A stretch of 64,000 nucleotides of DNA from Candidatus Zixiibacteriota bacterium (GCA_024278935.1 JAJRSF010000045.1:98-64097), one strand, 5' to 3'. Positions 48,686-58,767 are shown, counted from the stretch's first letter. Notes: generated from the sequence alone by a model not told the origin. Numbers and translations: made by a program.

Positions 48686-51600
48686 ATGACTATATCTGAA
48701 TTTGGACTTAAAAACAAATATACAATATATGCTATTTCTATAGCAGCTATATTTTTTGGAGTGATATCATATTTTTCAATTCCAATACAATTATTTCCTG
48801 ATACTGCTCCTCCTTTGGTAAATGTATTAACTGCATTTCCGGGGGCATCAGCAGAAGATGCCGCCGATTTAGTTTCTGACCCGATTGAAAAAGAATGTTC
48901 AACTCTTGAGGGTGTTTATAATGTCTCATCTACTTCTCAGGATGGAATGTCTGTCGTAACTGTTGAGTTTCGATATAACATTGATGTTGATATGGCAGCA
49001 TTAGATGTTCAAAATGCACTTTCTAGAATACAAGATAAACTTCCTCAGAACATATTAGAACCTCAGGTTTTAAAATTTTCTACATCAGACCGTCCTGTTT
49101 TGACAATGGGATTACAAAGCAACGACCTTGTTGATGTCAGAAGTATAGCTGAAGAAGTTATCGCACCCGAATTGCAACGTGTGGCGGGGGTTGCGGCAGT
49201 TGATGTATTTGGCGGCAATAAACCTGAAATATCTATTTTGGTAGATAGAAACCGTTTAGATATTTATAATATTCCGATTTCAGCAGTTGCTGAAGCTATC
49301 AAACAGCATAATGTCAGTATACCTGCTGGTAAAATTGATTCCAAAGTACAACAATTTACTTTTCGATTACAGGCAGAAAGTAAAACTGTAAAAGAGATAG
49401 CACAGATTCCTATAAGACTTAAAGACGGCAATCGCATTCTTCTGGAAGATATTGCTGAGATAAAATATGGTGGTAGTGAAGATCTCTCTCGTTTTCATGT
49501 GAATGGTGAAAAAGCAATAGCTGTTCAGATATTCAGACAGGATGATGCCAATACCGTTGAAGTTGTTTTACGAGCAAGAGAAAAATTTGAAGAGTTATCA
49601 AAACGTTATCCCGGTATCCAATTTAATGAAGCTGAAGAATCGGCTACCTTTACTCAACTAGTCGTTGATAATATGATAGGCTCTGTTGGTCAAGCCCTGC
49701 TATTGGCTGCGATAATAATATTTCTATTTCTAGGTAGTTTCAAGCAGGGGTTTGTTGTTATTATTTCAATGCCTATGTCGTTTCTTTTGACTTTTGCTGG
49801 AATGAAAATACTTGGCTTAGAATTAAATTTGGTAACTTTAACAGCAATTATTTTGGCTGTCGGGATGGTGGTCGATGCATCGGTTGTAGTATTGGAAAAT
49901 ATAACACGTCGATTCAATGAAGAAAATTTATCACCAGATGAAGCGGCAAGTGTTGGTTCATCTGAAATTCAATTTGCTATAATTGCCGGAAATGCTACAA
50001 CTTTGGCAGTATTGATACCCCTATTATTTTTGTATGGTTTCATTGGTAAAACTTTCGGCCCTTTAGCGGGAACACTTATTCTTGCCTTTCTTTCTTCACT
50101 TGTTGTAGCCTTAGTCATCGTACCAATTTTAACAACAATGACATCAGGTAAAGGTGGCAAGCTAGAAGATTTTTCCGAAAAGATATCTGCTCCTTGGAAT
50201 AATCTGATGAATATAATTAAAAAAGGGTATCTGTTTTTATTAGAAAAGTCATTAACCAATAGATGGATAGTTTTTGCTTCGGCAATATTACTTCTTGCTG
50301 TCGGATTAATGTTCATTCAAAAACAGGGAAGTGAACTATTACCGATTATGGATAGTGGTAATGGATTTGTTACTGTTGAAACAACCTCGGGGTCATCACT
50401 TGATCAAACAGAGTCCGTGCTTAATGAAATTGAACGGCTTATTCTTGAAGACCCGGATGTTTTACAACTGTCTACTCAAATAGGATTTGAACCAGGGATG
50501 CACTCTTTGGGTGGCGGGGGTGTACAGGGTCCTACAAAGGGATATGTTTCGTTTACATTGACACCACGTAATGAGCGAGATAGGACTATTTGGGAAATTC
50601 AGGATAATTTTCGTGAAAAATTTAGTAAAGTTCCAGGTATCGAAAATCTTGTAGTACGTGAATCAGGATCTACAGCGAAAGCTACAACAGCATCTTCTAT
50701 TGTAGTCAGTATTCGTGGGGAAGATCCGTTAGTGCTTGATAAGCTTGGCGATGAGGTTCTTGAAACAATAAAACCTATTGAGTCGGTTACTAATCCGTAC
50801 CGAAGTTGGCGACGAGATCAAAAAAATATTCTGTTGTCAGTTAACCGTGACCGTGCTCTTGAGATCGGTTTTACTCCTGCATTTGTGGCAAGAGAACTGG
50901 CATATTCACTTGATGGTATTAACGCTGGTATGCTACGAAACCCGCTTGGGGATGATACACCTATTAAAGTTCGTTATGATAAAAAATTCCGTTTAACTGA
51001 AAGAGATATATTTGAAGTACGAGCAGTTTCACAAGTAGATGGTCAATCAGTACCTCTTGGAGCGATTGTTAATAAAGAAGAAAAATTGGTTCAAGACTTA
51101 GTGACTAGAGAAAATCTTCAACCTACTTTGGATATCTTAGCACTTCATCAGGGTCGTGCTCTAAACTTTGTAGTTGCTGATGTTGTTCAAGCAATAGAAA
51201 AACTGGTAGTTCCAAAAGGGTATTCAGTAGAATTGCTTGGCGAGGATAAAGATTTAAAAGAGTCAAGAAACGAATTGATATTCGCATTAATCATTGCTTT
51301 TGTTGGAGTGTATCTGTTGCTTGTTGCACAGTTTAAATCATTTATACATCCTATTACTGTTTTGATGAGCATTCCTCTTTCTCTTTTTGGAGTTGGAACA
51401 GCTCTTTGGCTGGGTGATAAATCTATTTCAATGCCTGTTATGCTGGGGTTCATTTTGTTGATAGGTATTCTTGTTAATAATTCAATTATACTTATAGATG
51501 TTATTCGTCAACATCGTGCAAATGGAATACAAAAACGTAAAGCTATTATTGAGTCAGTAAATTTAAGATTCCGTCCGATTATGATGACATCGCTTTCAAC

Positions 51601-51808
51601 TATAGTGGGAATGATACCGCTCGCTATGGAATGGGCACTTGGTGCTGAAAGATTTTCTCCTTTGGCTATTGCTGTTATCGGAGGAATGACTGCATCGACA
51701 TTGTTGACTATGATAGTGATTCCGGTACTCTATGACAGCTTCGACGAAATTACTACGAAGTTGTTTAAGTCTAACTCAAACGATCTTGAACAGGTGACCA
51801 ATGAATGA
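48686..51808 (+). CDS. RND efflux transporter permease (AcrB/HAE family)
   Basis: 1040 aa with 12-TM topology, two large periplasmic loops, and conserved TM4 acidic and VVDASVVVLENI motifs. Confidence 0.9.
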   Translation: MTISEFGLKNKYTIYAISIAAIFFGVISYFSIPIQLFPDTAPPLVNVLTAFPGASAEDAADLVSDPIEKECSTLEGVYNVSSTSQDGMSVVTVEFRYNIDVDMAALDVQNALSRIQDKLPQNILEPQVLKFSTSDRPVLTMGLQSNDLVDVRSIAEEVIAPELQRVAGVAAVDVFGGNKPEISILVDRNRLDIYNIPISAVAEAIKQHNVSIPAGKIDSKVQQFTFRLQAESKTVKEIAQIPIRLKDGNRILLEDIAEIKYGGSEDLSRFHVNGEKAIAVQIFRQDDANTVEVVLRAREKFEELSKRYPGIQFNEAEESATFTQLVVDNMIGSVGQALLLAAIIIFLFLGSFKQGFVVIISMPMSFLLTFAGMKILGLELNLVTLTAIILAVGMVVDASVVVLENITRRFNEENLSPDEAASVGSSEIQFAIIAGNATTLAVLIPLLFLYGFIGKTFGPLAGTLILAFLSSLVVALVIVPILTTMTSGKGGKLEDFSEKISAPWNNLMNIIKKGYLFLLEKSLTNRWIVFASAILLLAVGLMFIQKQGSELLPIMDSGNGFVTVETTSGSSLDQTESVLNEIERLILEDPDVLQLSTQIGFEPGMHSLGGGGVQGPTKGYVSFTLTPRNERDRTIWEIQDNFREKFSKVPGIENLVVRESGSTAKATTASSIVVSIRGEDPLVLDKLGDEVLETIKPIESVTNPYRSWRRDQKNILLSVNRDRALEIGFTPAFVARELAYSLDGINAGMLRNPLGDDTPIKVRYDKKFRLTERDIFEVRAVSQVDGQSVPLGAIVNKEEKLVQDLVTRENLQPTLDILALHQGRALNFVVADVVQAIEKLVVPKGYSVELLGEDKDLKESRNELIFALIIAFVGVYLLLVAQFKSFIHPITVLMSIPLSLFGVGTALWLGDKSISMPVMLGFILLIGILVNNSIILIDVIRQHRANGIQKRKAIIESVNLRFRPIMMTSLSTIVGMIPLAMEWALGAERFSPLAIAVIGGMTASTLLTMIVIPVLYDSFDEITTKLFKSNSNDLEQVTNE

Positions 51809-52439
51809 GAATAATATGATGCATACAAAACCTATTTTTAATAATAATGACAACACAGAGGAATTAAGACAAAATATCAGAATAGCAGCACTGAAGCTAC
51901 TATATCATAATGGATATAATGCCGTTACTCTGAAGAATATTTCAGAGGTCGTGCATTTGGAGTTAAGTGATATTTCGGAATTGTATTCCTCTCCGGTTGA
52001 GATACTGACAGATGTAATTCAATGGGCTATAAAATTCGGAGATACACTTGGTTCTGAGTTGGAATCAATTGCGGATCCACATGCGAAAATTGAAAAATAT
52101 ATCATTTTACACTTCGCATTTTTAGATTCAAATCCGGAAATGGCTACTCTTCTTCTTGCCGACGAAAGCATCTCCGGATCTCGTCGAATTCAAAGTAAAT
52201 TACGGCAATTGCGATCTCATCGTATAGGATTGTTAAAAAGCATTCTTGAGGCAGGGAAAAACGATTCGCGGTGGGTTAGCGATGATGCCGAACAGATGAC
52301 ACTTCTGATTTTAGGATATATGCGAATGAAAATTGCTTCTTGGAAACAATCTAACAAGCAAGACTCTTTGTATGTCTATGGTAAAATTGCAGCTCGTTTC
52401 ATATTAGAGATATTAGCTTCAAAAACAAAAAACAATTAA
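51801..52439 (+). CDS. TetR-family transcriptional regulator (second one in the operon)
   Basis: 212 aa with the HTH region IRIAALKLLYHNGYNAVTLKNISEVVHLELSDISELYSS. It overlaps the RND gene by 8 nt. Confidence 0.7.
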   Translation: MNENNMMHTKPIFNNNDNTEELRQNIRIAALKLLYHNGYNAVTLKNISEVVHLELSDISELYSSPVEILTDVIQWAIKFGDTLGSELESIADPHAKIEKYIILHFAFLDSNPEMATLLLADESISGSRRIQSKLRQLRSHRIGLLKSILEAGKNDSRWVSDDAEQMTLLILGYMRMKIASWKQSNKQDSLYVYGKIAARFILEILASKTKNN

Positions 52440-52448
52440 GGTGTATAA

Positions 52449-52937
52449 ATGAAATATTATAGTAATAAAATACAAACAGTATTCTTAGTTCTATTAAGCC
52501 TGTTCTTTTCATTTTCTATCATAAATGCCGGTGAGACTCAAGTGGATGATATAATCGGAGTTTGGGCAATAGAAGAAGATGGCGAGACTGTTGAAAAAAT
52601 AGAGATATATAAGTGCGGTGAATTATATTGTGGAAAAATTGTATGGATTAAGCAAACAGATTCAACTGGCACGTTACCGCTTGATGAAAAAAACAAAAAT
52701 AAAGAATTAAGAACACGCCAACTGTTTGGGCTAGTAATTATGAAAAATTTCAAATTTGATGGAAAGAACAGTTGGAAAGATGGGAAATTATATGCTTACA
52801 GAAAAGGGCGAACTGTATCTCCTAAACTAACTCTTATTGATGACCAGCATTTAAAAATCCAGGTAAAAATTTTATTTATAAAAAAGAGTTTTGTTTGGAA
52901 ACGAGTTTTACCCAACAAAGAAAGTGGTCGCAACTAG
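52449..52937 (+). CDS. DUF2147-like secreted protein
   Basis: It has a signal peptide, then GVWAIEEDGETVEKIEIYKCGELYCGKIVW...DEKNKNKELRTRQLFGLVIM...WKDGKLYAYRKGRT. This matches my recollection of the DUF2147 pattern. Confidence 0.6.
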   Translation: MKYYSNKIQTVFLVLLSLFFSFSIINAGETQVDDIIGVWAIEEDGETVEKIEIYKCGELYCGKIVWIKQTDSTGTLPLDEKNKNKELRTRQLFGLVIMKNFKFDGKNSWKDGKLYAYRKGRTVSPKLTLIDDQHLKIQVKILFIKKSFVWKRVLPNKESGRN

Positions 52938-53144
52938 TAAAAGAAGCACATGAAATTATGCCATATAAAAGTAATTGATCTTACTATTTATAAATACCGA
53001 CTGTTTCTATTGTTTTGATGTAAAAGCAATCTCATTAACCAACGATTAGAAATTCATGACCTACTTCTTAGTATCGCTTGCATTCCCATTATATAATCTA
53101 TAAATAATCATGACCAATATGAGTCAACTATTGACTTAAAAAAC

Positions 53145-53233
53145 GGTCACAATAGGGTGTAAGCCCTTGTGCCACAACGCAAGTATGGGCGTCAGTCAGG
53201 CTTTTAGCCTGTTCGATTCCCCCCACCTCCATT
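53145..53233. repeat. Island right end with attR (displaced copy of the tmRNA 3' terminus)
   Basis: 53211-53233 is identical to ssrA 39142-39164. No 5' acceptor or T-stem partner lies upstream, so it is not a gene. 53145-53189 is repeated at 44887-44932. Confidence 0.75.
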
Positions 53234-53307
53234 TTTTTATAAATCAAAACTTAATTCAATATATGATGATATAAGAATGTGATTGTGTTGAGGGTAAGTT
53301 TTCATAC

Positions 53308-53340
53308 AAAAAAAGACCGCCCAAACGAGCGGTCTTTTTC
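53308..53340 (-). terminator. Rho-independent terminator of the PKD-like lipoprotein gene
   Basis: Hairpin GACCGC-N8-GCGGTC with flanking A- and T-runs. Confidence 0.7.
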
Positions 53341-53377
53341 TATTAAATCAATATGTAAGTCTCAAACAATTCAATAG

Positions 53378-56300
53378 TTATTCAGTAATTGAAACAACTA
53401 TGTATGGACCTTCCAAATAGACGGTCGGGTGTTCTATGCACCTCGCCTGAACTCTGACATAGTACCAATCACTTGCATGGACGAAAACATGATCGTCTGT
53501 TAACGAAGTTGACCAGTCAGAATATTCATTTGGAATAGAACCATTACTGTTATAGTAATAAAAACGGTATTCCAGAGCATGTCCTTCAGAACTAGTGGTT
53601 CCGGTGGTTGTATAAGTAAGGTTTGCCCCTACAGTACCGGTTAACGGTCCGGTCGGTGCCAAAAGAGGATCTAATGCCTCACTAATATCAATTGTAGTTG
53701 TTGGTGATATATCTGAGACAATACTAGGATGCGTTGCACAACGTGCTTGGCAACTGATAGTGTATGTACCAACAGAAGTGTATGTATGATACACTCCCCA
53801 AGTAATACTTGGAATCCAATCGCTGAGAGTGCCATCACCAAGATCAAATTGATATTCAATTGCATGACCATAGTTGGAGTAAGAATTATCAGTAGAAACT
53901 TGTATTTCTTCTCCAACATCTCCTGATGATGGATACCTATCTGGTCTGTCAGGTGTGCTTACTAATTCAGGACCATCAGTAACTTCAACTAGAGTACGCT
54001 GAACTGACCATTCTGAAACGGCAATAGTATCAACCGAACAGCGAGCTCTAATGTAAACATCATAGGTGCCGGCTGTTGAGTAGGTGTATGATGCAGTTAA
54101 TGGAGATGCCCAGTCAGAGTAATTTCCATCACCCCAGTCAAATTGGTATTCAATGGCATGACCGGCATCTGAATTTGCAGCAGCGTAAACTTCCCAAGTA
54201 TTACTTTCAGTGATAGATACGTAATTAGGACCTTTTGGACCGTAATCAGTGTATAAGGTGATTTTCTCAATTATAGAAAGTAAAGTAGGTAAAGACCACT
54301 CTGATACAGGGTTGGTATGGCCAGGCCAGATGCACTTGGCCTGTGCTCTTACTTCGTAGTCACCGTGGGTAGTATATCTATGGCTTGCGACGGTATCTAA
54401 TCTTGGCAACCATGCGGTAGTGTCACCATCACCCCAGGCAAACCGATATGAAAGCCAGGAATAACTGTGCCAACTACTGAGAGCACCGGTACTAATGAAG
54501 TCCACGTAAACGTTTCTAAACGCTGTATTGGGACCAGACGGGGCATCAGGGGCACTGACTGTTTCTGGACCAGTGATTATATAGGATATCTCGGACCATT
54601 CGGAAATAATATCAGGATGAGCTACGCATCGAGACTGTCTTGTCAGGGAAAAAGTTCCCAAGACAGTCCAGGTTTTGAAAATTTGAGTATTCATAGCAAT
54701 CCAACCAGTCGTATCGCCATCCCCCCAAGCAATCCTCGATTCGGTATCGTGTCCTAATGAACTAAGGCCACCATAAGCATAATATATTGTCTCGGTATCT
54801 AACATAGGATGATCTTGAGCATCTTGCCAATTTATGTAGCCAGGGGTAGCGACTGTTTCGGTGACCACAGCTAAAATAGTGACTACCAGCGTATCGGAAT
54901 AGATCATAAAGTCATTATGAACCGTACAACGGGCTTTATAAGAAACATTGTAGGTGCCTTCAGTGGTCCACACGTGTGATTGAGTTTGAGTCGATGACCA
55001 ATCTGAAGTTGTGCCATCACCCCAGTCATACTGCCCTTCCATTGGATCGCCCCAATTGGTTGCCGAACTATGGGAGACGGAATATTCATACGACTCGTTA
55101 ATTTGACCTTCGGTAACATTGCCGTAAAGAATACCCGTGTTATAAGAGAATGCTTCGGGCGGATCAGATATAATAATTACTGCCGAATCAGACCAAGCTG
55201 ATTCAATTGTAGGGTGAGATGTGCAACGAGCCTGCATGGCAACATTGTACGTACCGGCTGTTGTATAAGTATGTTGTAATGTTGTCCAGTTATAATACCA
55301 GTTTGACATTCCACCATCACCATAATCAAAACGATATTCCAATGAGTGACCATCGCTGCTTACAGCTCCTCCATTGTTAGTTAAAACCAAGGCTAGATCT
55401 GTTGTTCCGGTAGCAGGAGCTGATGGAGCATCTGGAGCAGAGACTGTTTCACCTGCAGCCAAAATAATTGTAACGGTTAGAGCGGCTGACCAGTCTGATT
55501 CAACTGATATATGAGTTAAGCATCTTGCTTGAACCTTGACATCGTAGCTACCTATAGCGGACCATGCATGTGTAGGAGAAATCCCTACGTTGTACCAACT
55601 GGACATAGTGCTATCGCCCCAGTCAAATCTGTATTGCACATCATCGCCGTAACTGCTCACGGAACCTGCTGTAGTATACCTGAGACTTTCACCTGTCTCA
55701 CCGGCGGTAGGTCCGCCCGGTACATCAGGAACACTGACTGTCTCGGCGGCATAGACAGAGATTGTAACTGTATAGACATCCGACCAATCTGAAATTATTG
55801 TCGGATGAGTAATACAACGAGCCTGTGCTTTGATATCATACGTACCGGCTGTTGCCCATGAGCCTTGAACAGATGTAGTTACCCAGTCAGAGAAATTGCC
55901 ATCACCCCAGTCAAATTTATATTCCAAATCATGACCAAGGTTACTTACAGCACCAGAGGTATTATATGATAAATCTTGATTCTCTATTCCGGTTGTCGGT
56001 CCGGTTATTGTAGTTGGAGCAGATACAGTCTCTGACACTGGCACTGTTATTGTAACAGTTAAAGCGGCCGACCATTCGGATATAAGAGAAGTATGAGTAA
56101 TACAACGTGCTTGAGTTTTAACTTCGTATGTTCCTGCAGTCGCCCAGAAATTTGAAACGGATGTAGATGAATAACTAGAGAAATTGCCATCGCCCCAGTC
56201 AAATCTGTATTCCAGATCGTGGCCAAGATTACTGACAGAACCAATAGCACTATATTCTAACATTTCTGCCTCATCACCCGTTGTCGGTCCGGTTGGAACG

Positions 56301-56716
56301 GTAGGAGTTGTCAATGTTTCTGGTGGTTCAGCAAGAGTTGTGAAATTCCATACGGCAGAGCTGGTAGTCGCCCCTGATGGGTCCTTTGCTGACACTAACC
56401 AATAGTACTTCGTACTATAAGAAAGCGATGTTGGAGAATAAGTACTCGCTGCTTGGTTGCTAGAAACAACCGGTGGTGCTGTGGCGGTACCAAATGAAAC
56501 AGTAAATGTTAAAGCGTCATCATCGGGGTCTGTACAGTTCCAACCCAAAGTAGGTGCCAGTACTATATCGGTTGCACCTGAAGCCGGGGCACCATCAATT
56601 GTAGGGATACCCGGAGCATTATTTGTTGGAGTAACAGGATTTTCATCACCACCGCAAGAAATAAATACTGCAGTAAGAAGAAGCAAAATCCCAATAAAGA
56701 TTAGATTTCTTTTCAT
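53378..56716 (-). CDS. Large surface lipoprotein: N-terminal Fn3-like domain plus ten PKD-like repeats
   Basis: 1112 aa with signal and lipobox-like sequence FISCGGD. There are ten units of about 95 aa, each with (L/I)EY(R/Q)FDWGDG..S.W......H.W...GTY.V..QARC..H....S.WS....V.I. Confidence 0.8.
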   Translation of the reverse strand: MKRNLIFIGILLLLTAVFISCGGDENPVTPTNNAPGIPTIDGAPASGATDIVLAPTLGWNCTDPDDDALTFTVSFGTATAPPVVSSNQAASTYSPTSLSYSTKYYWLVSAKDPSGATTSSAVWNFTTLAEPPETLTTPTVPTGPTTGDEAEMLEYSAIGSVSNLGHDLEYRFDWGDGNFSSYSSTSVSNFWATAGTYEVKTQARCITHTSLISEWSAALTVTITVPVSETVSAPTTITGPTTGIENQDLSYNTSGAVSNLGHDLEYKFDWGDGNFSDWVTTSVQGSWATAGTYDIKAQARCITHPTIISDWSDVYTVTISVYAAETVSVPDVPGGPTAGETGESLRYTTAGSVSSYGDDVQYRFDWGDSTMSSWYNVGISPTHAWSAIGSYDVKVQARCLTHISVESDWSAALTVTIILAAGETVSAPDAPSAPATGTTDLALVLTNNGGAVSSDGHSLEYRFDYGDGGMSNWYYNWTTLQHTYTTAGTYNVAMQARCTSHPTIESAWSDSAVIIISDPPEAFSYNTGILYGNVTEGQINESYEYSVSHSSATNWGDPMEGQYDWGDGTTSDWSSTQTQSHVWTTEGTYNVSYKARCTVHNDFMIYSDTLVVTILAVVTETVATPGYINWQDAQDHPMLDTETIYYAYGGLSSLGHDTESRIAWGDGDTTGWIAMNTQIFKTWTVLGTFSLTRQSRCVAHPDIISEWSEISYIITGPETVSAPDAPSGPNTAFRNVYVDFISTGALSSWHSYSWLSYRFAWGDGDTTAWLPRLDTVASHRYTTHGDYEVRAQAKCIWPGHTNPVSEWSLPTLLSIIEKITLYTDYGPKGPNYVSITESNTWEVYAAANSDAGHAIEYQFDWGDGNYSDWASPLTASYTYSTAGTYDVYIRARCSVDTIAVSEWSVQRTLVEVTDGPELVSTPDRPDRYPSSGDVGEEIQVSTDNSYSNYGHAIEYQFDLGDGTLSDWIPSITWGVYHTYTSVGTYTISCQARCATHPSIVSDISPTTTIDISEALDPLLAPTGPLTGTVGANLTYTTTGTTSSEGHALEYRFYYYNSNGSIPNEYSDWSTSLTDDHVFVHASDWYYVRVQARCIEHPTVYLEGPYIVVSITE

Positions 56717-57271
56717 AGTCGTTAAACCTCCTAAAATGTTTATACATTAATTACAATAAACTATAATACAGGTTGCACGTTCTACCTTAGATGAATTCCC
56801 TACTAATTTAGTATTATTGACAATAATATACATCATCCCTGAGGATAATCAAAATTATTTTTTATAAAATAAAGAGAAATTTGACTTTGTTTTATGAAAA
56901 TTTCCTCGGTTTTTCCACCTGAACTAGATATCTAAAAAAAAATAACAATACTGTTTGATGATCTCTGGCTCAAATCTAGTTTTGCGGAGATTGCCGTTCA
57001 TGAATTTATAATCAAGCATAACGATAAAATAATTTTTTCAAAAACGACAACCGAAAGTAAGATTGCTTTTACAGAAAAAGAAATGCAATTGTTAAAACAA
57101 CAATTTGATAATACAGAAAATCAGAATAACTTTGATTTTATTGATCTGTATATTTATTCTGTCCGTGATAATATCGAATGGAATATGCCAACAATTTTTA
57201 GACTGTTATTACATGATTCAATTGAAGAGAGTCGAAGTATGTTCCAATTAAAGAGAGTTTTTCAACAAGTC

Positions 57272-58129
57272 CTAAAACGAAAATCTAATTTGGAACATCG
57301 CAGGGGAATTTGTACCGCTAGAATTTTCAGGATTTTTATTAAAATTATAAAACAGTTCACTTATCAAAATACCCGCCGCCGCTCCAACGATAACATCACT
57401 CAAATGATGTTTATAGGCATGCACTCGACTCAACCCAACAAATGATGCCCATCCAAAGAGTGTCCCCGACGAAACCCATTTCCAATTATCATATTCTGAT
57501 TTTGTCATTTGCTGACGCATAATTTCACGAACACGTAAGTTTAAAAACGAAACCGAGAAAAATGCACCCGATGTATGACCTGAAAAAAATGATTTCTGGG
57601 TATAGGCATACCCATACTTTGCGGTTGTATCGAGACTGTCTTTTAAAATATGATGAAATGGACGCTCACGGGTAAAGATACCCTTGGTTATATCTGTTAT
57701 CCCTTTAGTAGCAAACACACCGGTTACAAAAAGAAACAAATCCTGAGAAACATCTTTTGTTTTGTCACCTCTCGGGTAACTCAAATTAGCTACTGATAGC
57801 AATACTAAACTCGCTACGGGGGTGATGGCAGACCCAAACGTATCATCCAAGAAGTTTTGTTTTCCGATTTTACATTCGCCCCCTAACCATCTTTGGAAAC
57901 TTTCTTCAAAAGGGAGATACCCTCTGATCACAGGTTTTTTATCATCTGCTATATTATTAACTTTTGTACCGATAAAACTAATAGTTCCGCTTGCCGAACC
58001 AATCGCAACTGTTTCAGACAGATTTAAATACTCATCTGCAGTAACGGCTGAACTAAATAAAAAAAAAGTGCAAGAAAGAAATATCAATTTAACAATGATA
58101 GAATAATTTTTTCTAAGTGTACTATTCAT
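57272..58129 (-). CDS. PAP2-family phosphatase
   Basis: 285 aa with the three PAP2 motifs: K...TRERP, FSGHTS and SRVHAYKHHLSDV. Confidence 0.85.
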   Translation of the reverse strand: MNSTLRKNYSIIVKLIFLSCTFFLFSSAVTADEYLNLSETVAIGSASGTISFIGTKVNNIADDKKPVIRGYLPFEESFQRWLGGECKIGKQNFLDDTFGSAITPVASLVLLSVANLSYPRGDKTKDVSQDLFLFVTGVFATKGITDITKGIFTRERPFHHILKDSLDTTAKYGYAYTQKSFFSGHTSGAFFSVSFLNLRVREIMRQQMTKSEYDNWKWVSSGTLFGWASFVGLSRVHAYKHHLSDVIVGAAAGILISELFYNFNKNPENSSGTNSPAMFQIRFSF

Positions 58130-58260
58130 AACTGTTTATATTTTAATGTATCAATGAATTGATAGCAATCTATTTTTTGTCTAATGTTCTGCTATAATAT
58201 ATGAATGTGATGTTTTTGAAATAAATAATATTTCTGACTTAGTATATATTTCAAAGATAA

Positions 58261-58635
58261 TTAGAGTGGCGGAACCCAGTTTGTTGTGAGGAGATAGCCA
58301 TCGCTACGGATAGATTTTATGAGTTGCGGATGAGAATCAGAGTCGCCGAGTTTTTTGCGAAGTCGGGAGATTCGTAAATCGAGAGACCTATTGATACCAT
58401 CATATTCGATTGCTAAGATTTCTTTATACAGTTCATCTCGTGTTACAACTTCACCTGCTCTTGTAGCTAGAAACCATAGAATCTCAAACTCGCCCGATGT
58501 AAGCTTTATAGGATCACATCCGACAAGAGTCATGCGATTTGCTTTATTGATAATTATCTGACCGAGTTCTATTTGTATTCGGTTTTTATCTGGTTGGCTA
58601 GCATCCTGCATTATAATCTGTCCTATTGCACACAA
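58261..58635 (-). CDS. Stand-alone OmpR/PhoB-type winged-helix DNA-binding protein (no receiver domain)
   Basis: IKLTSGEFEILWFLATRAGEVVTRDELYKEILAIEYDGINRSLDLRISRLRKKLGD...IKSIRSDGYLL is a complete Trans_reg_C domain. Only about 25 residues precede it. Confidence 0.75.
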   Translation of the reverse strand: MCAIGQIIMQDASQPDKNRIQIELGQIIINKANRMTLVGCDPIKLTSGEFEILWFLATRAGEVVTRDELYKEILAIEYDGINRSLDLRISRLRKKLGDSDSHPQLIKSIRSDGYLLTTNWVPPL

Positions 58636-58718
58636 AATCGGACATACCGATTTTGATGCTGATTAGTTATTTATACTAATTAGACAGATATTGTCCTTGA
58701 AAGGATTAATTGATCTAT

Positions 58719-58748
58719 AAAAAAACGGGATGATAAAATCATCCCGCT
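58719..58748 (-). terminator. Rho-independent terminator of the EF-hand gene
   Basis: On the minus strand, GCGGGATGA-TTTTA-TCATCCCG is followed by TTTTTT. Confidence 0.7.
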
Positions 58749-58767
58749 GAGTGTAATAATGTGGTAT

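Larger units (their letters stand above)
39142..53233. mobile_element. Composite genomic island integrated into the ssrA 3' end (integrase degraded)
   Basis: It has a 23-bp direct repeat GTTCGATTCCCCCCACCTCCATT at 39142-39164 and 53211-53233, an integrase N-terminal stub next to attL, and an internal decayed att-like copy near 44885-44946. Confidence 0.7.

Noticed and set aside
53145-53233. Possible tRNA gene at the island right end.
   Set aside because: Only the T-loop and 3' acceptor strand are present. There is no complementary 5' acceptor strand (GGAGGTG), no 5' T-stem and no anticodon arm.
56894-57445. Possible unannotated plus-strand gene (MKISSVFPPELDI*KKITILFDD...MQLLKQQF...) with a fifth in-frame TAA at 56933-56935.
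   Set aside because: It has no recognisable family and a poor RBS. The TAA sits in an A-run, and the ORF would overlap the PAP2 gene 3' end by about 170 nt in antisense. It may be a gene remnant but is not supportable.
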